Below, piece by piece: positions 24,593-36,401 of a stretch of 64,000 bases of DNA. Source of the stretch: Bilabrum cf. latius (Eukaryota); NCBI GenBank assembly GCA_965178125.1, contig OZ237758.1, positions 124,001-188,000 of the forward strand, in the 5' to 3' direction. Position 1 is the first letter of the stretch. Each line of letters opens with the position of its first letter. The notes beneath the pieces were generated by a model. It did no database searches. It was not told where the DNA came from and worked only from the letters and a program-made list of their open reading frames with translations. The translations under genes were made by a program, and so were the position numbers.

Positions 24593-25135
24593 ATGGGTTG
24601 CTGCTGCTCCAACGAATAGGATGCGTTGCAATCCGATGGGCAGTTTCAAGGGAAGGCTCGCAAGCTTGGTGACGCAGGTAGCGGAGCAAGCAGCTCACGG
24701 GAACAGAGAGCAGCCGCAGCTGAGGCCAGGATGAATGCATAGCGCGGCAAAGTTGGTGGGGGGTCGGGTGCCCGGGCTGCGGCTCGAGCCGAAGTGGCCA
24801 AGCGGAACGCAGCGAATGCAACGTCGAAGACAGCGGACGGGTACTAGCCCCTTGAGGGCGAGAGGAGCGGTGGGAATACTTCATCGGGTACTCAAAGCAC
24901 GCGAGAAGCACGCGCAGCTGCAATGGAAGCAATCAGGGACCAGGGCGGTCGAAATCAAGGTAACGCTGGTATTTCAAAGGAGCGGGTGGCTGCGATGGCG
25001 GAACGCAGGGAGCACGACCGCCTAGTTGGCCGCGCAGAGGAGCTATATCGTCGAAAGGGGCAGACTCCGCCGATTGGACTGCCATCGCTGGATGTAGAGG
25101 GCTTGCGCAGGGCGATTGCCAGGCTGGAGGCGTGA
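24593..25135 (+). CDS. Small (180 aa) N-acylated protein with SHP-box-like and VIM-like motifs (SVIP-like); TAG at 24617, 24740, 24845
   Basis: MGCCCS myristoylation/palmitoylation-type start, FQGKARKLG (SHP-box-like) and REQRAAAAEAR (VIM-like). In frame with the 24923-25135 ORF. Ends TGA. Confidence 0.65.
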
Positions 25136-25299
25136 CACGAGGAGTGTGTAGTTTGTGCTGTTGATTCAGCTGCCGGGAGAGTCTTTGCCGGCAGAGCACA
25201 ACGTTTAGACTGTCTATTCTCTGTATTCGCCGTCGATGCATTCACCGAGCGGAAGCATCGCAGACTGTTCATTGCTATCGGCCGCACCTGCTCGTCCGC

Positions 25300-28192
25300 T
25301 TACTTCCTGCCGGCCTGGTCTTCCTTGCTCTAGAACTCGATGATCACCTCGTCCACAGCAAGCGTCGCCCCCGGCTGCGCCTTGATGGACTGCACCACGC
25401 CCGCGGCCTGCGCCCGCAGCACGTTCTGCATCTTCATGGCCTCCACCACACAGAGCGCCTGCCCGTCCTGCACGGCCTCTCCCTCCTCCACGTCCATGCT
25501 CACCAGCTTGCCGGGCATGGGGGACACAAGCACCTTGCTGAGGTCCAGCTTCTCCTTAGGCAGCATGTGCCTCGCCAAGGAGTGCTCCCGCATGGATCGC
25601 ACCGCCACATTCCGCCTGGCCCCTCGCAGCTGCAGAGAGTAGCCACCGTCCGTGTTCCCCAGCACCTGCAGCAGCAAGTCCTCCTGCGCCCCCAGAGGCA
25701 CCTCCCCGCCCTCCACGGACATGGCCGCGCCCGCCTCCCCGTCGCCCTCCGCCCAGTCGCACGCCCCCGGGTGCTCCCTGGCCCTGCCGCCCACCACCCC
25801 TGCGGGCCCTGTGGCCCTCACCGCCGCCCTGAGCTTGCTGTCTCCCGGCAGCCAGGCCACGTCCTCGAAGAAGAAGCGCGCCACTGCGTTGCCCTGCGCC
25901 TCGGCCGCCTCCGTGCTCACAGGGGCAACCACAACCGAAAGACCCAGCCGCCTGCGCCCGGGCTGCGTCAGGCGGGCCGTCGCGGTGGCCCTGCCCTGCT
26001 CCCCGGCCAGGGCCTCTGCCTGCTCGAGGGAGAGGTCGTCGTTCTCGTCAGAGGTCTCGAAGATCTGCTCCACCCACGCCATCAAGGCCCCGTCCCTGCC
26101 CTCCTTCTCCGCCTCCATCTCGCCCTCCCCCGGGCCCACGCCCTCACCGAACTCGACCACGAACGGCCGTCCCGCGATGCGCGGAGGCTCCACGACCTCG
26201 CTCCTCCCCTCCAGTCTGGACCCGTACACCTCCTCGATCCCCCGCATCACCGCCGCGGCCGCCGCCATCCTGTACCTCCCGTCGTCTCCCAGCCGCACCC
26301 CGTGGAAGCCTTCGGGGTACTCCTCCTCGATGAACTTGGTCGTGATGGAGCCCTCCACGAACCGGGGGTGGTCCACCACGTCACGCAAGAAAGGGATGTT
26401 GTGCCCCACCCCGCGCACCACGTAGTCGTCCAAGGCCGTCCTCATCCTCCGGAGGGCCTGTTCCCTGTCGTCACCGTGGGTCACCAGCTTGCAGATCATG
26501 GGGTCGTAGAACATGCTGATCTCGGATCCCGCGCGCACCCCCGAGTCCACCCGCACCGCGGGCTCCTGCTCCTCCAGGTCCTTCTCCTCCGAGTGGCCGT
26601 GCTCGTAGACCTCTCGGGAGGCGCTGAAGTCGCCCACGTTTGGCGAGGTGGGCTCCTGGTACCTCGTCAGCCTGCCGGTGGAGGGCAAGAATTTCCTGAA
26701 CGGGTCCTCCGCATACACTCTCGACTCGATGGCGTGCCCGCGGATGGGCAGCCCCCCGTGCTCCTCCTGCTGCTGCGTGAGGAACTCAGGGAGGGGGAGC
26801 CCCTTGGCCACCCGGAGCATCTGCTCCACCAGGTCCACCCCCGTGATCATCTCGCTGACGGGGTGCTCCACCTGCAGGCGGGTGTTCATCTCGAGGAAGT
26901 AAAAGTTCTTGTCCTTGTCGCAGAGCATCTCCACGGTGCCCGCGCTCTCGTAGTCCACGGCCTTGGCAAGCTGCACGGCCTGCGCCTGCATGGCCCTCCG
27001 CGTCTCTGGGTCCAGCAGCACGGAGGGGGACTCCTCCACGACCTTCTGGTTGCGCCTCTAGATGGAGCATTCGCGCTCGGGCAGCGCGATCACGTTGCCG
27101 TGCTGGTCTGCCACCAGCTGGATCTCGATGTGCCTGGGCTCCTCCACGAACTTCTCGATGAGCATCCGGTCGTCTCCGAAGGACGCCATGGCCTCCTCCT
27201 TGCTCAGCTTGAAGCCCTCCCTGGCCTCCGCGTCGTTGTTGGCCACGCGCATGCCCTTGCCGCCCCCCCCCGCACTGGCCTTGATCATGACGGGGTACCC
27301 GATCTCGTTGGAGATGCGCACGCAGTCGTCCTCCGATTCCACCTCCCCGAGGAACCCCGGGATGGTGTTCACCCCCGCCTCCGCCGCGATCTTCTTGCTC
27401 TCGATCTTGTCCCCCATGGCGTGGATGGCGCGGCTCTTGGGCCCGATGAACTTGATGCCCTCGGCCTCCAGGGCCTCCTAGAAGCTCGAGTTCTCGCTGA
27501 GGAATCCGTAGCCGGGGTGCACCGCCTGGGCCCCCGTGGCTCGGCATGCCTCCAGGATGCGGTCCACCACCAGGTAGCTCTGCGCCGAGGGCGCGGGGCC
27601 CACGCAGACGGCCTCGTCGGCCATGCCCACGTGCGGCGCGTGCGCGTCGGCGTCCGAGTACACAGCAACGGTCTTAACACCTGCAAGAATTCGACGGGGG
27701 CGGGAGTTTCAGGTTGCGAGGCGGCGGTGCAGCGAAATCTGGAGAGGGCTCCGGGGCCAGGTGCGGGCAAGGCAATCATGCCGTGCCAACGGCCAGTTGC
27801 GACAAAATGATCGCAGGGCCCAACGAGGGACCTGACCAGTAAAATTCATTGCATGCCCAGTCTTTTGTCTCACCCATGCGTCTTGCTGTCCTAATTACAC
27901 GGCACGAAATCTCGCCGCGGTTGGCAATCAAGATTTTGTCAAACATCGCCTCTCCCTGCGCGACAAAATGACGCGATGCAAGGCCGTGATAATGCGGATA
28001 TTATCACAAGTTGAGTTAATTTTGCTAGAAAATACGTTGCGGAAGCAATATCTGCGAATCGCGGGTGCCGCTTGGGGACCATGGCCTTACCTAGGGAGTT
28101 ACAATCGTCCTGCGGGCCATACCGACTACCTTACGAAGCTATGCGATACCATTGACCCGAGAGGACCTCATACCACGGCTTAGCTGGTACAT
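25300..28192 (-). CDS. PCCA: Propionyl-CoA carboxylase alpha subunit (biotin carboxylase plus biotinyl domain), mitochondrial; exons 28192-28091, 27955-27874, 27680-25300; TAG at 28139, 28091, 27478, 27058, 25330
   Basis: [66 protein letters not shown]...[11 protein letters not shown] and biotin motif EAMKMQN. Ends TAA at 25300-25302. Confidence 0.93.
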
Positions 28193-28314
28193 GGCTACCA
28201 GAATGTGGAGAAAATCTGTGTCGCAGGCCTCCACCGAATACCAGTTGCGAGTAGTTGTAGAGAAATCTGAATTTGAACAAGAGCCGGCGAATCCAGAAAG
28301 TAGTACCGCAATAC

Positions 28315-30009
28315 ATGCCACTGGTGTATATGCATTTACTAATGATGTCAATAGTTTATGGACTCCGTCCCGCGGCCCAGCGCCCCCTGCAGCCAAAGTC
28401 AACACAATCGCCAATGTGGAAGCTTGCTGCAACTGCTCAATCGCCGTCCTGGGTGGAGGGGCTCGAACTCCTGCAAAGTGGCGACTTCAGTGTTATCGTG
28501 CGTTCAACTGGGGGACGAGGGTCATCCAGCCTACAAGCGGTGGAGATATAGCCTGACGGTACCGGGGGAGACGCAATCGAGTTGCAGCAGAAGCCCAGCT
28601 CCTACTTTGGAGAAGGGACTGCCGTGATCTAGGATGGTCTCGGTGCAGGAAGGAGTATTGTGCTGCAGGCAACGTACAGGAATGGGTTGCTGCGAGCATT
28701 CTTCCTCGGTAGAACGGACGAGCGTCTGGTTTTGGCACCTCTCGCTTCGATTTCAATTGCAATGTCTGGCGATAGTGGCAATCAATAGGACGGCATCATG
28801 CTTCCTGCGGAAGGATGGGGACTGGCTTGGCTGCCAGATTCAGCAGACGGGCGCACCGGCCCATGGGAGGGCCAGCTGGTGCTATCTGACGGGAGCGAGC
28901 ATTTGTTCCGGTACGACGGCGAGGCGGTCAGGGAGGCCCTTTGCACGGGGCTGCTCGGGACCATCGGCGGAGGCGAGCAGGGAGGCGCTCCCGATGGATT
29001 GGAAGGTGCAGGAAGCGACGTGCTCAGTGAGGTAATGGTGGGGCTGCCAGTGGTGTGCGGCGAGCGGGAGCCGTCTGGTGGCGATGCTCGAGTGCCGCTG
29101 AGACCCAGCGGGGTGCTTGCAGTGCGCTGCACCCCGACAGGAAGCTTGCTCCAGTCCGAAGCCTAGTCATTGACCAGCAAAGGCGCGTCCATGCATCGAG
29201 CACCGGGCTTGGACTCGGGCTTGGACTCGGGCTTGGGTCAGGGATAGGGCGCTGGCGGTCGACAGCAGTCTTGGGAGCAGTCTTGGGAACAGTCCTGGGA
29301 GCAGGGCTTAGGCCAAGGGGCTGATGAGATGCGATTTCTGAGAGGGCTGGCGGAGGGTGGTCTGGAGAGCTCTGCTGGTGTGACGAGTGAAGCGGGTGCG
29401 GGGAAGATCCGAGAGGGTTTGTAGCACGGGAGATGCGAGTGCTCCTGCGATGACATCGACGACAGCGGCTGTCCAGTCCGCGGACTGAATGAGCTGTCTG
29501 CCGCGAGGTCACCTGCCGGACCGGACGGGTCAGGGAACAAATGGGTGGTGCTGGCGGCGCTGTGGGGCTCTGAGAGGGCCTGCCTTGCCGCTGCCTCGGG
29601 GGCAGGAGAATTCAAGGATGGAAATGGGGATGGGGATGGAAATGCGGATGGGAATGGGGATGGAAATACGGATGGGAATGGGAATGGGGATGGAAATGGG
29701 GATGGAAATGGGGATGGGGATGAGCCAGGGCCACAGAGGGCGGATGCTGTGGAGGGGCGGGTGGGGCCGGCAGTGGCGACTGCGGTGCAGGGGCTGGATG
29801 CTGCGGGGCTGCTGGTGGGAGGAGATCCAGGGGCGGTCGCTGCCCAGGCGCAGTCTCTGCTGGACGCGCAGCACGGGGCCCATGGGGACTTCAACGCGCT
29901 GGCTTTAGGCAGAGCCCGCGAAGGGGCCAGCAGCGGGGGAGGGGGCGTGGACCGGCTGCTGTTCGGGGGCAAGCTGTGGGATTCTAGGGTGGTGATGCGG
30001 TTGGAATGA
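28315..30009 (+). CDS. Plant/bacterial-type glutaminyl cyclase (beta-propeller QC)-like secreted protein; TAG at 28549, 28630, 28786, 29164, 29245, 29422
   Basis: Ordered QC motifs: WVEGL...STGGRGSSSL, YFGEG, AEGWGLA, SDGSEHL, GLNELS, FNALA, LLFGGKLW. Hydrophobic N-terminus. One frame, ends TGA. Start codon inferred. Confidence 0.72.
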
Positions 30010-30175
30010 TGGATTGCAGTTGCAGTACTATTGCGAGCACCCAAGGCAGGCACTTAAAGAGACAGCGCGAAGCTGGATCGGCTCTGCATCATGATGTGAT
30101 GAGTGGACAACTCAGTTGCACACGCTTGGTGTTTTTCGGTCTGCTGCTGTCATCGTTAGCAACAACAGTAAAATT

Positions 30176-31440
30176 ATGGCTGGAGCAGCAGGAGCATCCA
30201 AGGAAGCAGCGGCTGTAGGAGCCGAGGAGCCCGTGATGACGTCTGCCTTCTGGTGAGCAGCCGGATTCGTACGACTGATTGCAGTTGCAGCTGGGGAACT
30301 TGCGGCCAAGAACATGCAATTGACAGTATAATGCCCCGGCAGCCGTGCTAATTTACTTTGTATTGCACAATGATACTGATCATCCCCGCTGAGTGTGATT
30401 CAGTCAGCCAATTTGCTTGCAGGTTCATCGAGGAGACCACGCCGCACCTGGCACTCAAGATGCGCCTGAACAAGGTGCTGTTTGACCAGAAGAGCGACTT
30501 CCAGCGCGCTCAGATTATTGAAACTGCCCAGTTTGGACGCACCCTTGTGCTGGATGGCAAGACCTAGAGCGCACAGAGCGACGAGCACGTGTATCACGAA
30601 TCGCTGGTGCACCCCGCAATGATGCTGCACGGCAGCCCCAAGCGCGTGTTTATCGGAGGCGGTGGCGAGATGGCAACGGCGCGCGAGGTGTTGCGGCACA
30701 AGAGCGTGGAAAAGTGCGTGATGGTGGACATCGACGAGGTGGTGTGCAAGATCTGCATGGAGCAGCTGCCCGAGTGGCACGGCGGCTGCCTGGACGACCC
30801 CCGTCTGGAGCTCAAGTTCGAGGACGCGCGGGCGGCCCTGGAGGCATCCGAGGAGAAGTACGACGTGATCATCATGGACATCGCGGACCCCATCGAGGCG
30901 GGCCCGGGCATCGCGCTCTACTTCAAGGAGTTCTACGAATTCGCCAAGACGAGGATGAACCCCGGCGGCGTGATCGTCACGCAGTCCGGCCCCGGCTCCG
31001 TCATGAACGCGGATGAGTGCTTCAGCACCATCCACCAGACTCTCCGCGGCGCCTTTGACCTGGTGGTTCCGTACTCGTCGGACATCCCCTCGTTTGCGAC
31101 CAACTGGGCTTTCAACGTGGCCTTCGACCTGGACTCGGAATCGGGCAAGGCCATGGCCAAGGCTCTGGAGGAGGGCAAGGCGCCCGCTGGTGGTGTGAAG
31201 GCAGGGGCGGGAGAGAGGCCCACAGTAGACCAGGTCACGGCCGCGGCTCTCAGGGCGCACGGGGACTTCGCTGCGGTGGACGAGAAGCTAGGCGGCATGC
31301 TCAACGGAGGCATGGACAGCCTCAAGTTCCTGGACGGAGTGGCGCTCAGCGGGGTGCTGGGCCTGCCCCGGGGGGTGCGCAAGGTGCTGCAGGAAGAGAC
31401 GCGGGTCATGACCAAGGAGTCGCCCGTGTTCATGTACTGA
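30176..31440 (+). CDS. Polyamine aminopropyltransferase (spermidine/thermospermine synthase-like); exons 30176-30252, 30423-31440; TAG at 30565
   Basis: KSDFQ...FGRTLVLDGKT*SAQSDEHVYHESLVHP, VFIGGGGE, VDIDE and YDVIIMDIADP. GTGAG...CAG intron. Ends TGA. Confidence 0.93.
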
Positions 31441-31843
31441 GCGAGCGAGTGCCTGTGTGCAGGTGAATGGGTTTGATCGATCACAGATCAATGCTGGCGC
31501 GGCACAAGGCGTGGCATGGGTAAGGGTGATACATCACGGTGGCTTTCGATCGATTTCTTATACTATAGTCGGTCAAATTACGCACGCGATGGCAACTTTC
31601 AGGCAGAGGCAGCCAACGCTGGGTGCGCGCACCCGGAGTCGAAAGCTCTAGCCCAACCCACTACAGGCTGGGGATGATCCCGCCGTCCCCCCGGCTAGGC
31701 CCTCTCTCACACTTCCATGCTCAAGCTCATCGGTCGCATATGAGGCAGCTCTCCCCGTTGTCCAGCGCCCCCCTTGCGATCCTCTCCACCAGAGGGACCC
31801 CCTCCGCGGCCAGCACAACTCCGAAAGCTGCCTCCCACGTGAA

Positions 31844-33104
31844 TCAACCCGCAATCGACACGCTACTGAGGCTGGGCACTGACATCCGCAGGTCACCGTT
31901 TATGGCGATGGAGACGTACAGCAAGCAGCCCGCGAAGATGGTCACCAGGTACAGGAATCCGAAAGCGGCGGCCCACCATGCCTTAAGTCCCTCCACCTCG
32001 CCCTTGTGGACCGAGCTGTCCGGGGCATCAGCGCCCATGCAGGTCTCGTACACGCTATACACCAGCAGCGGCACGGCAAAGAAGAGAATAACCGCGTACA
32101 GGGTGCAGAAGATCACGGCTGCCGACCCCCTCTCCCCAATGACCGCTTTTGAGGTGGCGGCACCCGCGGGCCACCCCTCCAACACGTTGATGTCGATGAG
32201 CTCCGCCTGCGTGCCGATGATAAGAAGCTCCATACTCGAGGCGAAGAGGCTGAAGCCTTGCTTGTACACCCATGCGCCACCCTTGTCGTTGCTCCGATTG
32301 GCGGCCGCCTCGAGCGAGTAGCTCAGTGCTTCGATGTGCAGCATGAGGATGGGGGCAGCGAGGGTGGCCATGAGGCAGATGAAGTGGATGGAGGACACTA
32401 AAATGCTGGGGAAGCGGGGCAGCACTGCGGCGATGCCACCCTCTCCCACGCGCTATAGCCTCCCCACGAAGGTGGGCGGCAGATCCTGCTCCGGCGTGCC
32501 ACCGTGCTCGCGGGCAGGCCGGCCCTCTCGGTAGCCCACTCCCTGGCCGCATTCTGCCACTCCACCGACACGCACTCGGAGGAAACCACCTGTAGAATAC
32601 GGAGGAGGGAGGGGGACCACTAAGGGAAAGTTACGACGCCTTCCGACAGTCGCGCTCCGGAACCGCCCGGCAAAGAAGGAAGAGAGGGGACCGATCCCGC
32701 TGTGGTATTCACCCGCGTGACCGTGTGCCCACGGCTGCCTTTGCCGGCATCAAACTCGACTAGCTCCCAGCAATACACCAATGAACCAACATCACCGAGG
32801 AAGCACGGATCCCCTCCTGACATTTTCTTCGTCACGAACTCTAGCACCATGCGCGCCGGCGGATCAACCGGTTGGGTCCCGTTCTTGCGCGAGAATAATC
32901 CTGGCTAGAGCTGCAGACCGGAAAGACGAACTCGAACGTATCAGACTAGCTTCGTTGCTGCTATTCATGCTCCGGTAGAGACCCTACAATATCGGTGCGT
33001 GGTACAGAGCCGACGGTGTACACCTGGTCGCGAGGTATCGACGCCAGCTGAACAGCGTCCGATCCAATCAAAGAGACGACGGACCACATGGCCGCCACTG
33101 CCAT
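31844..33104 (-). CDS. Putative multi-pass membrane protein, reading frame unresolved (possible pseudogene or indels)
   Basis: Hydrophobic N-terminus at 33104 and several TM-like segments in 32449-31844 ending TGA. The pieces lie in different frames with no clear introns. Confidence 0.35.
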
Positions 33105-33188
33105 TACCGATTTTAAAGTAACACTAAATGCGGTAAAACAAGGCAAGCGGCAATTCGTTGAATCGATCAGAATGTCGTCCAGCTCAAG

Positions 33189-33214
33189 CTAGGGTTAGGT
33201 AGGGTTAGGTAGGG
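33189..33214 (+). repeat. Short telomere-like repeat (TAGGGTTAGG)x2.5
   Basis: ctagggttaggtagggttaggtaggg is visible and is followed by CTAG-rich sequence. Confidence 0.5.
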
Positions 33215-33711
33215 GCCTAAATGGGCGCTACTCCGAGTCGCTGGCACCTGGGTCTAGGCCTAGGCCTACATCTAGTCTAGCCTAGTGCGGTCGTGACATA
33301 CAGGTTGTGAGGAGCACAATTCGCCGAGAGCCGCGCCTAGGCTTAGAATGCATGCAGGGTGCTGCTTCTAGAGTCGACAACACAAACCATTGCTGGAGGC
33401 TGCCTGAATCGAGTGTGGGAGTAGCACGCTTGTATCAGGTGGGGTCGCAATGCTGTGGCCTAGGCCTAGTCGAAGCTCCGTGGTCGCACCACCATCACGG
33501 TGCAAGCGGCATGGCAGCCTGAGAGCTGGCCACACGCGGCACTGCATGAATAAATGATGATTTTGGCCGCAGTGCCGCGGCATCTCCGTGGTCGGGGAGC
33601 GATCAACACCAGTGTTCGCGGAAGCTTCCGGGCTCCGAGTCAGGAATGGTCCGCATGGATCGGAGCAGATTGCCACCTTGTTCCTGCATCTTGTCATCAC
33701 TTCTAGGTTTA

Positions 33712-35391
33712 ATGAGCAAAGCAAGGCAGAAGGTAAGTGCAAATTTATGGTGGTTGGACGGGTCTTGCGGGGACATGCCCCATTTGAAGGCGTGTTAGGC
33801 GTAGACACAACGACAGCTGATTCTTGGTAGCATTTCAAGTTTGGTAGCTGATCTCACCGTTTACCTCTCCCTTACCATGGCGGCAAATTTGCGCGCAGAT
33901 CATACATTAGCGCCAGCTCGTTAGCGCTGTGCTCGAGAAAGTGGCTGATATGATGCATCCATCGGGCGCTCTCGATGCGGGCATGCGATCCAAGTTGGAC
34001 CGCCTCAAGTTCATAGATTACCACATCGGAAGAATGATGCATGCCGATTTCAGAGATGCAGACTACTTTAAGCTCATGCAGAAGCCGAGCTACCGAAAGG
34101 ATGAATCACCAATGCTATGGAATCAAGCGATTGAAGAGGCAGTAGCAGAATACAACTAACTCAGGCCAGCAGGAGAGAATATTCGCAAGAATACCTTCAC
34201 ATCGGGAATGAAGAGTATTCTTCGCGGTAAGTCGGTGTCCGGACTCTCCGAAAGGGCCCAGTCGGTTCTACAGATGTGGTAGCGCTCGGACGTGCAAGAC
34301 GCTGCTTTCAGGGTAGGTGAAGCCCGAACCAAGGCGAGAACACGCAGAGATGCCAGTGGAGCAGCTCGCCATGCCGCTGCTCCAGCTGGCGGCTAGCAGC
34401 ACGATCGCGCCTAGTGCTCGAGCTCATCGAGCTCATTGGCCCGTCTGGTGCAATCGGACAGGCTGGCCGGCGGTGTGGATCATGGAGATTCAAGGAGGGG
34501 GGCAGGACCAGGTGCTGGTGCTGGTGCTGGTGCTGGTGCTGGTGCTGGTGCTGGTGCTGGTGCTGGTGCTGGTGCTGGTGCTGGTGCTGGTGCTGGTGCT
34601 GGTGCTGGTGCTGGTACTGGTGCTGGTGCTGGTGCTGGTGCTGGTGCTGGTGCTGGTGCTGGTGCTGGTGCTGGTGCTGGTGCTGGTGCTGGTGCTGGTG
34701 CTGGTGCTGGTGCTGGTGCTGGTGCTGGTGCTGGTGCTGGTGCTGGTGCTGGTGCTGTTGCTTGGAGCGAAGCTCAAGGCAATGACCGGAAACCGGTGCC
34801 TTGGAAAATAATTGGTAGACGATTCGGCATGATTCAATGGCAATATCGTCAGTGCAAGAAGGCGGGCAAGACGTAGGGGATGTCTGGGCGGTGCCTGGAG
34901 TTGTCTGTGTCCATGCGAGTTACATCAGTGGCGCTAGAGTCGAAGCTGCAAGTGCTCTACCTGCACGAGAAGAGCAATCTAGGCGGGCTAGTGGCGTTGT
35001 GCACCACTATAAGGGCCCACCAGGAAGCGGATATGATCACTTCGGACGGTGCGCGGTAGGGGTTGTCCCAGCCCTTGCCATTGCACTACCAGCTGCAAGT
35101 CAACGCGGGTCATCGCCAACTGCGCTATCCACCTCCCGTGGCAGCCTGTCGGATGGTACCAGTGACGAGTGCGAGTCCGTGTGCAGCTCCGGGTCTGGCA
35201 GAGGCAGCAGCAGCGAGGCCGCATCGCCGATGTTGCTGGCTGCAAGCAGTGCAGGCGTGGCCGCCGCCATTTCCTCCTTGGGGCAGGCAGGGGGCATCGG
35301 TCGCGTGAGGCCTCGGCCAGAGCTAGAGGGCGCTAGAGATGTGGATCAGCAGAATGCAGGGGTTGAAGCGAAGAGGAGGAGGACTGAATGA
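33712..35391 (+). pseudogene. Disrupted copy 1 of the duplicated orphan gene (intron 33733-33898)
   Basis: TAA at 34157 where copy 2 has CAA, plus a frameshift near 34815-34837 relative to copy 2. Confidence 0.65.
34511..34756 (+). repeat. (GGTGCT)n microsatellite, about 41 copies, encoding (GA)n in the gene frame
   Basis: Directly visible, with one variant unit (GGTACT). Confidence 0.97.
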
Positions 35392-36401
35392 ATGGCACCA
35401 TGAACACTGGTGGGAGAGTTGGGTCTCTTAATCTGTTGTGGCGGAACCGCTCGTCACACCCCGGATGGTGGTCGGTGGTCAAGTCCGGCTCGTCTATCCA
35501 TCGGGACACTGTCAGACACACTTCAGCAGCACTGACTACAGTTATCGTTCTTTATTGTTTTTGTGTTATTGGCTTAACATTATCATTGAACTATTGTACT
35601 GTCCAATGATCGATAACGCTCTCCCTGTTGCAAGGTGTGAGGCCGGTGCCAGACTTGTTAGCGGCGGCCCGTCGACAGCGTCTGAATTTCGACGTGCAGA
35701 CCCCGTTCGAGAACCTGATCTTGCCCTCCAGGCCTGTCGCATCACCGATGAGCAGGCCCTCAGGAGAGGCCCCAGTAGCCAGCGATGGGATGCATCACAG
35801 CGGGGGCGAGCCAGCTGGTGGGTAGCGCGATGGCATTGTGTGGGGGAGTGCTAAGGTCGCATCGAACCGCAAGGAAGAGGCGGGGTGTGCGGTTGGAGCA
35901 GGTCGACCAGTGACGCCCGCATGTCGGACCATTTGTCGCTGCTCCGAGTCGCTTGCACTGCCTTTGGGGTGTGTGGTGCGGTTCTGTCGTAGATAGATGT
36001 AGGTCGTGGGTAGCACAGTTCGCCGAGCACCGCACCTGAAACGAGAACGCCTGCAGGGTGCTGCTTCTAGAGTCGACAGCATAAAGCATTGCTGGAGACT
36101 GCCTGGATCGAGCGGAGCAGTAGCACGCGTGTGAGGTCGCAATACTGGGGCCTGGTCGAAGCTCCGTGGTCGCACCACCATCACGGTGCAAGCGACACGT
36201 TTGTCTGAATGCTGGCCACTCGCGGCATTGAATGAATAAATGATGATTTTGCCACAGTGCCGCGGCATATCGGTGGGTTGGGAGGCGACTGACACCCGTG
36301 TTCACGGAAGGTTCCAGGCGCCACGAGGAAAGGTCCGCAGGGGCAGGGATCGGAGCAGATTGCCACCTTGCTCCTGCATCTTCTCCCCACTCTTCGGTCC
36401 A

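Noticed and set aside
25567-27810. Long antisense or alternate-frame ORFs (e.g. 25567-27810 +, 8910-10673 -, 57340-59100 -, 45955-47373 -)
   Set aside because: Shadow ORFs expected opposite GC-rich coding sequence; they carry no recognisable motifs.
27058-30567. TAG as pyrrolysine, Leu, Glu or Tyr
   Set aside because: The diagnostic conserved columns are Gln and paralogs swap TAG with CAG. No pyl genes are seen and the sequence is eukaryotic.
34157-34159. In-frame TAA aligned to CAA, suggesting that UAA also codes Gln
   Set aside because: It is a single case in a copy that also has a frameshift, and no in-frame TAA occurs in intact genes. Best read as a nonsense mutation, though it should be rechecked genome-wide.
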